Shown: positions 1-7,977 of the stretch, piece by piece | How the letters are laid out: each line of letters begins with the position of its first letter | Numbering within the stretch: the first letter of the stretch is position 1 | DNA from: an uncultured Candidatus Saccharibacteria bacterium | Lineage (GTDB): Bacteria > Patescibacteriota > Minisyncoccia > Phycocordibacterales > JACOZG01 | Assembly (NCBI GenBank): GCA_964460805.1 | Contig: CAYWPU010000003.1 | Location: 32,014-96,013 of the forward strand | Reading direction: 5' to 3' | Length of the DNA stretch: 64,000 bases | Notes under the pieces: generated by a model | Seen by the model: the letters and a program-made list of their open reading frames with translations, nothing else | Database searches by the model: none | Told to the model about the DNA's origin: nothing | Translations under genes and position numbers: made by a program

Positions 1-91
1 ACAGCGCCAGCATAGCATAAGCGGCGGGAGGGGAGTAGAATGGATCTCGGGTGAGTTCTTGTGTGTCATAAACTAGAACCAGAGAGGAGGT

Positions 92-409
92 GTGATTATG
101 TTCTACTACATCAATCTGCAACTCCACTTCAAGGATGGTGGGGTAGCATGCGCTCTGATTGGTCCATTCAAACGGTTGAAGCGTCGTGTCGAGTGGCATG
201 AGGGGGTGCTGGAGGCGGCATTCGGGTGGCGTGAGGGTGATGTGTCATTGGCCGTGCTCGATCGCAAGCGCCGTGTGGCATATGCTGTTTCGGCCAATAT
301 TCATCCACGAGCAATTATTGGGTTGGTGGAGCGGCGCTATCGGGAGTATCTGTACAGACTTGAACTAGAACGGCTGGGAGTCAGGGATCACACAGAAGAT
401 GAAGATTGA
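92..409 (+). CDS. hypothetical protein (105 aa), no recognisable domain
   Basis: Intact ORF followed by a strong intrinsic terminator; no family recognised from sequence. Confidence 0.35.
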   Translation: MIMFYYINLQLHFKDGGVACALIGPFKRLKRRVEWHEGVLEAAFGWREGDVSLAVLDRKRRVAYAVSANIHPRAIIGLVERRYREYLYRLELERLGVRDHTEDED

Positions 410-410
410 A

Positions 411-452
411 AGCCCGACCTCACTACTTGTGAGGTCGGGCTTAAATTGTTTC
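411..452 (+). terminator. rho-independent terminator
   Basis: Perfect GC-rich inverted repeat agcccgacctcac/gtgaggtcgggct followed by a T-rich tract. Confidence 0.7.
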
Positions 453-486
453 TTATTTTTTAATGTTTCCGCGATTAAAATTGAAG

Positions 487-559
487 TGGGCGGTAGAGGA
501 CTCGAACCTCTGACCCTGTCTACGTCAAAGACATGCTCTACCAACTGAGCTAACCGCCC
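487..559 (-). tRNA. tRNA-Val (anticodon GAC)
   Basis: Reverse complement folds as a cloverleaf: acceptor GGGCGGT/ACCGCCC, D-arm GCTCAGTTGGTAGAGC, anticodon loop TTGACGT, T-loop GGTTCGAGTCC. Confidence 0.85.
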
Positions 560-597
560 TGCTTGGTGCCAACAATTTAGCAGAGTTTCCCCTTTTG

Positions 598-684
598 CGG
601 AAGAGGTGGGATTTGAACCCACGATGAGCTTTCGCCCATGCCGGTTTTCGAAACCGGTGCCTTCAACCACTCAGCCACTCTTCC
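598..684 (-). tRNA. tRNA-Ser (anticodon CGA), long variable arm
   Basis: Reverse complement has acceptor GGAAGAG/CTCTTCC, anticodon stem-loop CCGGT-TTCGAAA-ACCGG, a long variable arm and T-loop GGGTTCAAATCCC. Confidence 0.85.
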
Positions 685-747
685 AGCCTTAAATTAGCAC
701 TTTTTTACTTTTATCGCCAGATTAGCTATAATCGCGATGTTTAGCTT

Positions 748-822
748 GGCCCCATCGTCTAACGGTTAGGACATCGGCTTTTCAAGCCGGTAATCCGGGT
801 TCGATTCCCGGTGGGGTCACCA
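748..822 (+). tRNA. tRNA-Glu (anticodon TTC), CCA encoded
   Basis: GGCCCCATCGTCTAACGGTTAGGAC...anticodon loop TTTTCAA...GGGTTCGATTCCCGGTGGGGTCACCA. Acceptor pairs with one G-U. Confidence 0.85.
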
Positions 823-883
823 AAATCTAAGTGAGTGGGCTTGTGTTCCACACCAGAGAAGAAGCTTGAATTCTCACACCACA

Positions 884-908
884 AAGCCCCGCATTTGCGG
901 GGCTTTGT
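884..908. terminator. bidirectional intrinsic terminator between tRNA-Glu and hsp20
   Basis: Hairpin aaagccccgc-attt-gcggggcttt with A/T runs on both sides. Confidence 0.65.
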
Positions 909-910
909 GG

Positions 911-1411
911 TTACTCAACATCTATCTTGACGCGCTTTTTTATCTCTTCCTCCGACTTCGGGAGTGTGATTGTAAGGACACCGTTTTTTGACTTTGCCAC
1001 AATGTCGTCCTTCTTGACCCGAGCAGGGAGAGCAAACTCTCGCCTGAACTCGCCATACTCGCGCTCGTAGCGATAGACTTTTCCTTTTCTTTCCTCTTTA
1101 TCTTCCTTGTCTATCTTGCCAGAGAGCGAGATGTAATCGTCCCCAACCTCTACATTGATGTCTTGCGGATCAATACCAGGCACATTTGCCATTACTTTGA
1201 TCTCATTATCCGTTTCCTCGACATCAACTCGGGGAAAGATCGTAGAGACATTACCGAGCCCGCGATTACGAAAGAGACTCGGCGTCATCATGTTGAACGG
1301 ATCCCACGAATCGTCGAAGAATCTGTCAATGAGAGAGAAGGGGCTCGCGAAGTTACCGCGCCTAGAAAGAGCTTGCGTATTGCCATCTCTTTTTTGGATT
1401 TCGTTTTTCAT
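911..1411 (-). CDS. Hsp20/alpha-crystallin family small heat-shock protein
   Basis: 166-aa product with an alpha-crystallin-domain-like core and the typical C-terminal I-x-I-like tail (ITLPK). Assigned by size and composition. Confidence 0.8.
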   Translation of the reverse strand: MKNEIQKRDGNTQALSRRGNFASPFSLIDRFFDDSWDPFNMMTPSLFRNRGLGNVSTIFPRVDVEETDNEIKVMANVPGIDPQDINVEVGDDYISLSGKIDKEDKEERKGKVYRYEREYGEFRREFALPARVKKDDIVAKSKNGVLTITLPKSEEEIKKRVKIDVE

Positions 1412-1748
1412 AGTTTTTTGCGATTAACTTCTAGTAATGTCCCCTTGCATTCGACCTCACACAAGGAATTAAATTTTCTTACACACAAGCTAAGGATACC
1501 CATTCGGTTTCCCCCTTAGCTCTAGAGAACTTCTGATTCCCGTATCCTCGCATTTGCGAATTTGCCTGCACTCTATTTAATTGTTTTTGAGGAGATGCTA
1601 AGTGGCATCAGAAATCGAACGAATGAATTTCTTTAGCCAAGCACCGCTCATTATCTGCTTCACTAAAGTCATACATTATTTTCTGCTTAGCGGCGGTCGA
1701 CTACTCCGCCTACACTTTATTCAACGACCACCGGGGCAAAAGGTGTCA

Positions 1749-2090
1749 TCAGAAACTGTACCATAACGACCTGAAGAAATTTTCTTGTTCACGGAAATAG
1801 TCATCCACTTCCTTTAACCTTGCCTCCGTTTGTTTTCGCATCTGATCTAAATCTTCTTCTGTAATTGGTGTTGTGGTGGCATGGGTTTTGGCTTTGCCGT
1901 TTTCATACACCGCCACCACCTCACTTCGGAATCCATAAGGCGAGTCAATGGAAACCTCATCTGACGAGGTCACAACTTGCGTTGGCACCGAGGATCGTGG
2001 CCCCTGTGACCTGTTCCACAAGTATATGTTCGCTATAACGCTTGCCACTAAAAAAGCCGAAATTATGTAGACAGTTTCGCGTTCTCTCAT
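1749..2090 (-). CDS. membrane-anchored hypothetical protein immediately downstream of the ECF sigma factor (possible anti-sigma/partner)
   Basis: 113 aa with one N-terminal TM helix, then an extracytoplasmic segment. Co-directional with and 35 nt downstream of the sigma gene. Partner role is inferred from context only. Confidence 0.4.
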   Translation of the reverse strand: MRERETVYIISAFLVASVIANIYLWNRSQGPRSSVPTQVVTSSDEVSIDSPYGFRSEVVAVYENGKAKTHATTTPITEEDLDQMRKQTEARLKEVDDYFREQENFFRSLWYSF

Positions 2091-2124
2091 ATACTAAAAT
2101 AAACGGGTAAAGACCAAAAAGGTG

Positions 2125-2709
2125 TCATTTGTTGAGAAAGCGCGGTTTGGTGTATCTTAGTTTTTTATGTCCGAAGGAGGCAATGTCTCTCAGATATGGA
2201 TGTGCGGCTAATTTCTTGCGGGTGCGGGAGAGATTGAGTTTTATAGCATTTTCTGTTGATCTTGTAATGGCGGCAATATCCTTAATTGATTTTTCGTCCT
2301 GGTATCTCATCAGAAGAACATCTCGATTTGATGCGGGTAGGTCTTGGATTGCGTGCCACAAGGCGTCGGCGTCTGATTTTCTCTCAATCCCATCAGTTAC
2401 TTCGTATGGGATGTCCCCCACATCTTCTATTGGTACAGAGATCGGTTTACGGTAGTGATCAATTAGCAAATGTCGAGCAATGGTGAGAAGATAGGTGAGG
2501 TACGAGTATCCACGAATACGAAATCTGGAAAGATTTTGAAAAGCTCTGAGAAAAGTTTCTTGCATTAAATCTTCAGCCAGCATCGTATTGTGGCCAGTGC
2601 GATACCAGATATAGTTAAAAACCTTGTTTGCATATTTTCTATACAACTTCTCATACGCCCCAGGGTTTTTCTTGGCCATTTCAACAAACCTTGTGTCCTC
2701 GGTATCCAT
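2125..2709 (-). CDS. RNA polymerase sigma-70 family, ECF subfamily sigma factor
   Basis: Region 2 motif (ETFLRAFQNLSRF) and region 4 helix-turn-helix (SIKDIAAITRSTENAIKLNLSRTRKKL) in a 194-aa product. Confidence 0.85.
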   Translation of the reverse strand: MDTEDTRFVEMAKKNPGAYEKLYRKYANKVFNYIWYRTGHNTMLAEDLMQETFLRAFQNLSRFRIRGYSYLTYLLTIARHLLIDHYRKPISVPIEDVGDIPYEVTDGIERKSDADALWHAIQDLPASNRDVLLMRYQDEKSIKDIAAITRSTENAIKLNLSRTRKKLAAHPYLRDIASFGHKKLRYTKPRFLNK

Positions 2710-2785
2710 AGACTATCCCATCTTATCAAAAAACTATTTTGGGTCGTAGTGATATGGGTTGTTCGTTTGTTTCTCGTTAAGCGAG

Positions 2786-3148
2786 TCATTGCCCGAACCA
2801 CTCTGTTCGCCACCTTTTCATTGTCTGTATCTCGCCAGTCTGTGCGCTAATGATGTCGTTGCCGAGTCGGATAAGTTCCGGACGTTTGGTGCTCTTGAGG
2901 AGTATCTGCGCCATTTCCACTGCGCCCTCGTGATGGATAATCATCTGGTCAATAAATGCTTGATCCAATGCGTCACCGCTCTTCCCTTCTAAGCCACCCA
3001 TCATGCCTTGCATTGCTCCGTGCATGTTGTGTGGGGGCGTGTAAATAGTAGACATCTTTTGTCCTACAGCGTGTGTTCCTGCAAAGTAGCCAATGCCCAA
3101 GCCGAGTAGAAGTATTACAATGCTAGTCATGATATTTTTATTTTCCAT
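2786..3148 (-). CDS. DUF305 family protein (secreted/membrane-anchored; metal-stress associated family)
   Basis: N-terminal TM/signal segment and the conserved DQMIIHHEGAVEMA motif characteristic of DUF305. Confidence 0.65.
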   Translation of the reverse strand: MENKNIMTSIVILLLGLGIGYFAGTHAVGQKMSTIYTPPHNMHGAMQGMMGGLEGKSGDALDQAFIDQMIIHHEGAVEMAQILLKSTKRPELIRLGNDIISAQTGEIQTMKRWRTEWFGQ

Positions 3149-3179
3149 AATAACTATTGTAGCAAATTAACAACAAGTT

Positions 3180-3461
3180 ATGAAGCCTGCTAAGATTAAC
3201 AGAATGCTAATCCCTCACGGCGTCGTTCACCAGGTGCCAGCCGACCTGCGGGCGATCTTGCTTGCGGATGCTAAAGCGCGAGCGGCGTGGGAGGACATCA
3301 CGCCGCTCGCGCGCAACGAGTGGCTTTGCTGGATTGAGTCGGTGAAGAAGCCGGAGACGAGACGGCTCCACCTCAAGCGCACCAGAGAGGAGCTCAAGCA
3401 AGGCAAACGCCGGCCGTGTTGCTGGCCAGGTTGCCCGCATCGCTCCAGCTTGCGCGATTAG
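3180..3461 (+). CDS. YdeI/OmpD-associated family protein
   Basis: C-terminal motif WLCWIESVKKPETRRLHLKRT...GKRRPCCWPGCPHR matches the YdeI/OmpD-associated family signature. Confidence 0.7.
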   Translation: MKPAKINRMLIPHGVVHQVPADLRAILLADAKARAAWEDITPLARNEWLCWIESVKKPETRRLHLKRTREELKQGKRRPCCWPGCPHRSSLRD

Positions 3462-3546
3462 ATTTTTTATACTATACTAGAAGTAGTAAGTTCTTCATTG
3501 TGAGGGACGGAATCTGGTAGCAGGTTGACCGAGAAAGGGGCTGCAG

Positions 3547-3900
3547 ATGTCTCGTGGTTTGTTGGATATTTTGGCTCGCGCTAACCTAACTTTGATCTCA
3601 AGCACAGATGGCAGGTCGGTTCAGGTCAAAGGTACGCTTGAGGCGCATCACGACAGCATTGTCGGTACTCAAAAAGGTCACACCCTGGATTTATCTGGAG
3701 AACTCACGGCCATTAGAGACGGCGATTTTGTGCAAGTCTCTCTGGTTCTGGGTAATATCAGGATTCAAGGCAAGCTTGAGCTTTCTGGACTGACTTTGGA
3801 ACAGACTCTGTTTCTTTGTGGTCGGCCAATGCCCGGAGCGGTGTTGGCGGGAAGTGGAGAGGATGTCGGCACCTCAATGACCAGTGAAGCGTGGCATTAA
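3547..3900 (+). CDS. hypothetical protein (117 aa)
   Basis: Intact ORF with a downstream terminator; no recognisable domain. Confidence 0.35.
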   Translation: MSRGLLDILARANLTLISSTDGRSVQVKGTLEAHHDSIVGTQKGHTLDLSGELTAIRDGDFVQVSLVLGNIRIQGKLELSGLTLEQTLFLCGRPMPGAVLAGSGEDVGTSMTSEAWH

Positions 3901-3904
3901 TAGT

Positions 3905-3950
3905 CAAGAATTCAAGCCCGCGGATTTAGCGAAATCCGCGGGCTTTTCTC
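3905..3950. terminator. bidirectional intrinsic terminator
   Basis: Hairpin gcccgcggattt-agcg-aaatccgcgggc followed by ttttctcttttt. Lies between the convergent hypothetical ORF and murA. Confidence 0.7.
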
Positions 3951-3953
3951 TTT

Positions 3954-5270
3954 TTATTCCACCACCTCAATCTTCGCACCCAGTTCTTTGAGACGATTTA
4001 CCAAGTCTTCGTAGCCTCTATTGATAGAGTAAATATTGCGGAGGATAGAAGTGCCGCGGGCGGCGAGCATGGAGATGAGGATGATCGCCGCCGGACGGAG
4101 CGCCGGCGGGCAGATCACTTCAGTGCCGCGCAAGTGGCTTGGTCCCTCTATGTAAACGCGATGCGGATCAGCGAGCTTAATATTTGCACCCAGTTTATTT
4201 AATTCTAAATAATAAATCGCGCGGTTCTCAAAGACCCAGTCATGGATCAGTGTCGTCCCAGTAGCCTGGGTGGCGATTGGGACAAAGAAAGGGAGATTAT
4301 CAATATTGAGGCCGGGGAAGGGGAGAGGGTGGATTTTGTCCTCCAATGCGCGCAACTCAGACGGCTGGGTGCTGATGTCTACCAGCTCAGTGTGGCCGTT
4401 GGCGCTCTTGTGTCGCTCGCTCAAGGAGAACTTTAACCCCATCTTTTCTAGCTTCAAGAGCTCTAGTTCCAAGAAGTCTATGGGGCAACGCTTGATGGTG
4501 AGACTAGATTTAGTCGTAGCCGCAATAGCTAGGAAGAGCATTGATTCAATCGGATCCTCGCTCAGCTCAAATTCCACATCTTTTGCTATTTTCTCTGCGC
4601 CGGTAATCTTGAGCGTGCTGGTGCCAATGCCGTCTATTTTTACCCCCAGGAGCTCTAGGAAGTAACAGAGATCGCGCACCATGTAGTTGCTGGAGGCCAG
4701 TTTGATGGTCGTCTGGCCAGTGATTAGACTAGCCGCGATCAGAGCGTTCTCTGTCACCGTGTCTCCCGTCTCATAGAGTACAATCTCGGCCGGATGCAAG
4801 CCTGGCACTTCTACCTCGTAATCATCTTCTCGCGATTTGATATCTATCCCCAGTTTTTCTAGCGCAAAGAGGTGGGGTCGGACTGTGCGCTCACCCAGCT
4901 TGCAGCCTCCCGGATGAGGGAAGCTGAAGCGTTGGTACTGGTGCACCAGCGTGCCGATCAAGAGTAATGCGTTCCTTGTCTTGCTGGCCGCTTCTGTGTC
5001 AATTTTTTCTACTGCCAATTTCTCCGGCGGCTGGATCACTAGGTCGTGGCCGTATTCTTGCACACTCACGCCCAGGCTCACCAGCACTTCAATAATTCGG
5101 TTCACCTCTTCAATCCTTGGCACGTTCTTGAGCGTGGTTTTGCCCTTATTGAGCATGGAGGCACAGAGTAGCGCCACCGCGGCGTTCTTAGAGCGGTTAG
5201 TTGTAACCGTACCCGAGAGCGTTGCACCGCCCTCTATCTTGACGTTAACTGTTCCGGTGGAGGTGGGCAT
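3954..5270 (-). CDS. murA: UDP-N-acetylglucosamine 1-carboxyvinyltransferase
   Basis: EPSP-synthase-fold MurA sequence throughout (MPTSTGTVNVKIEGGATLSGTV...KNAAVALL...). The start is placed at an internal Met that matches canonical MurA N-termini. The longer ORF would begin at 5342. Confidence 0.85.
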   Translation of the reverse strand: MPTSTGTVNVKIEGGATLSGTVTTNRSKNAAVALLCASMLNKGKTTLKNVPRIEEVNRIIEVLVSLGVSVQEYGHDLVIQPPEKLAVEKIDTEAASKTRNALLLIGTLVHQYQRFSFPHPGGCKLGERTVRPHLFALEKLGIDIKSREDDYEVEVPGLHPAEIVLYETGDTVTENALIAASLITGQTTIKLASSNYMVRDLCYFLELLGVKIDGIGTSTLKITGAEKIAKDVEFELSEDPIESMLFLAIAATTKSSLTIKRCPIDFLELELLKLEKMGLKFSLSERHKSANGHTELVDISTQPSELRALEDKIHPLPFPGLNIDNLPFFVPIATQATGTTLIHDWVFENRAIYYLELNKLGANIKLADPHRVYIEGPSHLRGTEVICPPALRPAAIILISMLAARGTSILRNIYSINRGYEDLVNRLKELGAKIEVVE

Positions 5271-6174
5271 AGATATTCTCCAGCGCTTTAATAGCATCGC
5301 CGGCGGCGATATTGTTCTGGTGGTAGAGCGCGTCGGTCGCATCGCCGGCGGCCCAGATGCCAGACACAGACGTGGCCTGAGTTCTTGGGTCTACCATAAT
5401 AGAACCGTAGTCGTTAAGTTTAACCAGATTCTTCACAAACCAAGTTGTTGGCACCAGGCCGATTTCTATAAAGACGCCGGCTGTTTTAAGCTCTTTTACC
5501 TCGCCAGTTTTGAGATCTTTATAACTCAAGCTGTTTACAAATTTATCGCCGGAAAATTTAATAGTCTCGGCGTTGGTGATGATCTGCATCTTGGGATTCT
5601 GCCTCACTTTTTCTACTGTGATCTCATCAGCGCGGAAGGTCTCACCGCGGTGCACAAGCGTGACGCTCTGGCAATAAGCTAGTAACTGCGCGGCAGTCTC
5701 AAACGCCGCGTTGCCGCCGCCGATCACCACCACATCTTTGCCAGCAAAGAGCGGGCCATCGCAAGTGGCGCAATAAGTGATGCCTTTCTGCTCAAATTCT
5801 TTCGCTCCTGGCACGTCCAGTTTGCGTCGCTCGGCACCGGTGGTGATGAGCGCGGTCTTGCTCTCATAAGTTTTATCACTATCAGTCTTGATCTGGAAAT
5901 TGCTGCCAGACTGGGAAATATCAACCACCTTCTCGCCTGTGGCGATTACAAAGTCAGCAGACTCGTAAGCATAGAGATGAGACTTAAGCTGTTCGGCCAG
6001 TTCTGTGCCAGAGATCGCTTTGGTGCCAATCCAGTTCTGGATCTCGGCCGAGACACTAGACTGCCCGCCAAAGTCAAAGGTGATAAAAAGCGTTTTTAAT
6101 TTTTTTCGTGCCGCATAGACGCCAGCCGCCACACCTGCTGGTCCGCCGCCAATGATAACTAAATCAAACAGCAT
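5245..6174 (-). CDS. trxB: thioredoxin-disulfide reductase
   Basis: FAD-binding GGGPAG motif, redox-active CATCDG pair and an NADPH-binding GGGNAA motif. Confidence 0.9.
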   Translation of the reverse strand: MLFDLVIIGGGPAGVAAGVYAARKKLKTLFITFDFGGQSSVSAEIQNWIGTKAISGTELAEQLKSHLYAYESADFVIATGEKVVDISQSGSNFQIKTDSDKTYESKTALITTGAERRKLDVPGAKEFEQKGITYCATCDGPLFAGKDVVVIGGGNAAFETAAQLLAYCQSVTLVHRGETFRADEITVEKVRQNPKMQIITNAETIKFSGDKFVNSLSYKDLKTGEVKELKTAGVFIEIGLVPTTWFVKNLVKLNDYGSIMVDPRTQATSVSGIWAAGDATDALYHQNNIAAGDAIKALENIYAHLHRNS

Positions 6175-6206
6175 TTATTTATTTTTTAATTTTCTATTTT
6201 TTTAAA

Positions 6207-7340
6207 CTACTTTTTTGGCCGTCTGAGGAAAGCGGGGATAGAGGACCAGTCTTCATCTTCTGTTGCTCCGGTGCTGTTATCATCTTTCTTGTTGTTCTTG
6301 AGATCCGGCAGTGAGCTCTCTGGCTCGTCTTTTTTGTCGTCCATAATTTTCGCTTCTGAAATGGGTCCGCTCTTCTTGCGCGAGTTCTCGGGGAAGCCGC
6401 TCGCGATCACGGTAACTTTAATCTCATTTTTAGCAAGCTTATCATCGTGGATAGCACCAAAGATCACTTTAGCATTCGGATCAATAGAAGCGATAATCAC
6501 TTTAGCCGCTTCTTGGATCTCAAACATCGTCATATTCTGGTCGCCAGCAATGGCAAAGAGCACGCCCTTGGCGCCGTCTATCGCCACGTCTAGCAGTGGG
6601 GAATTGATCGCGGCCTTGGCCGCCTCCACCGCGCGGTTCTCACCAGCGCTCTTACCAATGCCCATCAGCGCCGAGCCGGTATTGGCCATGATCGCTCTGA
6701 TATCAGCAAAGTCTACGTTGATGATGCCGGGCGTGGTAATCAAGTCAGAGATGCCCTCCACCGCCTGGCGCAAGATCTCGTCACACATCGCAAATGCTGT
6801 GCTCGCCGTGGTGTTCTTATCAATCAAGCCCAGCAGTCTATCGTTTGGCACGATGATGATAGAGTCTACCTCTTTGCGGATATCCTCCACTGCGCGCTCG
6901 GCGATCTGCATGCGCTGGTTGCCCTCAAAGAAGAAAGGTTTGGTCATCACCGCCACAGTGAGGATGCCCTGATCCTTGGCCGCCTTGGCCACCAGCGCGC
7001 TGGCGCCGCTCGCCGTGCCGCCGCCTGCCCCGCCGGCGATGAAGACCATATCCGCGCCCTTGAGCGCGTTCTGCACCTCCTCCATGCTCTCCTCAGCCGC
7101 CTTGCGGCCCACTTCCGGATTCATCCCCGCGCCCAGGCCTCGGGTCAAGTTCTTGCCAATATGCACCTTTTTCTTAGCTAGCGCGTGGTGCAGCTTCTGC
7201 GCATCAGTATCAATAGCAATAAATTCCACGCCCTTCACGTGCGAGCGCACCATGTGGCTCACGGCGTTGGTGCCCGAGTTGCCTACGCCGATCACCTTGA
7301 TCCGGGCAAAAGCCTCAATCTCTGGCTCAATCTTAGGCAT
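6207..7340 (-). CDS. ftsZ: cell division GTPase FtsZ
   Basis: Tubulin signature GGAGGGTASGASALVAKAAKD, N-terminal IKVIGVGNSGTNAV, and a C-terminal disordered tail. An alternative TTG start lies at 7388. Confidence 0.9.
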   Translation of the reverse strand: MPKIEPEIEAFARIKVIGVGNSGTNAVSHMVRSHVKGVEFIAIDTDAQKLHHALAKKKVHIGKNLTRGLGAGMNPEVGRKAAEESMEEVQNALKGADMVFIAGGAGGGTASGASALVAKAAKDQGILTVAVMTKPFFFEGNQRMQIAERAVEDIRKEVDSIIIVPNDRLLGLIDKNTTASTAFAMCDEILRQAVEGISDLITTPGIINVDFADIRAIMANTGSALMGIGKSAGENRAVEAAKAAINSPLLDVAIDGAKGVLFAIAGDQNMTMFEIQEAAKVIIASIDPNAKVIFGAIHDDKLAKNEIKVTVIASGFPENSRKKSGPISEAKIMDDKKDEPESSLPDLKNNKKDDNSTGATEDEDWSSIPAFLRRPKK

Positions 7341-7404
7341 AATTCTGCCTAGTTTAGCAGTCTCAAGAGAAAATGCAACTAGCGCCAAATCGCGATTTTT
7401 GGCA

Positions 7405-7440
7405 CGAAAAAAGCCACTACGAACGAGTCGTAGTGGCTAA
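7405..7440 (-). terminator. intrinsic terminator (minus strand) between the orphan 122-aa gene and ftsZ
   Basis: On the minus strand: agccactacgactcgttcgtagtggc followed by ttttttcgtg. Confidence 0.65.
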
Positions 7441-7443
7441 ATG

Positions 7444-7812
7444 TTAATGAGTGTCTAAGCGGAGTATTCCTTGATTGGTTGACGACGAATAGGTTCCGCT
7501 AGCGTTCACTGCCGATATTCCAGACCTGTTAGGCAGGAGGCACAGACCAATGAACTCGCAGACTTCGCCCGCAATTTTTAGTTCTGTGATGGTCATTACA
7601 GGATTTTTTGCCTTGCTACCATCTGGCGAAGCGCAACAAAACGTGACCACTTTTTCCAGATCGAACCGCCGAAGTTTCCGGGCTTCATTGCTGGCGTCAA
7701 ATGATTCCTGCAATTGTTCCAGTGTCGGTCCGCTGACAATCTCCCATGGACCCCAGTCGTCAAATTTGGGTGGGGGAACGATTGTTTCTTTTCTCTTGAA
7801 TGGCCACCACAT
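7444..7812 (-). CDS. hypothetical protein (122 aa) inserted between ftsA and ftsZ
   Basis: Intact ORF with its own consensus promoter upstream and terminator downstream; several Cys residues; no recognisable domain. Confidence 0.45.
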   Translation of the reverse strand: MWWPFKRKETIVPPPKFDDWGPWEIVSGPTLEQLQESFDASNEARKLRRFDLEKVVTFCCASPDGSKAKNPVMTITELKIAGEVCEFIGLCLLPNRSGISAVNASGTYSSSTNQGILRLDTH

Positions 7813-7875
7813 GAGCGACCTCCTTCCTTCTATTTCAAAGACCCGCTTGTTTCGTACCCAGTACTACCAACCCCC

Positions 7876-7910
7876 ATTATACACCCAAGTGGCTATTTTT
7901 GTCAATACCA
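7876..7910 (-). promoter_or_regulatory. sigma-70-type promoter (TTGACA-18-TATAAT) directed leftward; copy 1 of a repeated promoter
   Basis: attatacacccaagtggctatttttgtcaatacca is the exact reverse complement of 11556-11590. Confidence 0.6.
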
Positions 7911-7977
7911 CTAATCCGCCAGCTGGCGGACGGCTAGAAATAAGCTTATTTTGGCTACACTAAGTTTTTCTAAAAAA

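Noticed and set aside
1412-1748. Possible CIRCE (HrcA) operator upstream of the hsp20 gene: gcactc…gagatgctaa half-site-like strings and a gatgc/gcatc inverted repeat.
   Set aside because: The half sites do not match TTAGCACTC-N9-GAGTGCTAA, and the spacing is about 18 nt instead of 9. I do not call an HrcA site.
5270-5342. Longer murA ORF starting at 5342 (MRPTRSTTRTISPPAMLLKRWRIS…).
   Set aside because: The N-terminal extension is Arg/Thr-rich and non-homologous, and it would overlap trxB by about 100 nt. The internal Met at 5270 matches the canonical MurA N-terminus. Analogous internal-start choices were made for ftsZ, pth, clpB, serS, infB and the methyltransferases.
7917-7930. CCGCCAGCTGGCGG palindrome considered as the ftsA terminator.
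   Set aside because: No U-run follows on the minus strand. It is more likely an operator-like site upstream of the duplicated promoter. It is discussed under the ftsA-ftsZ insert finding instead.
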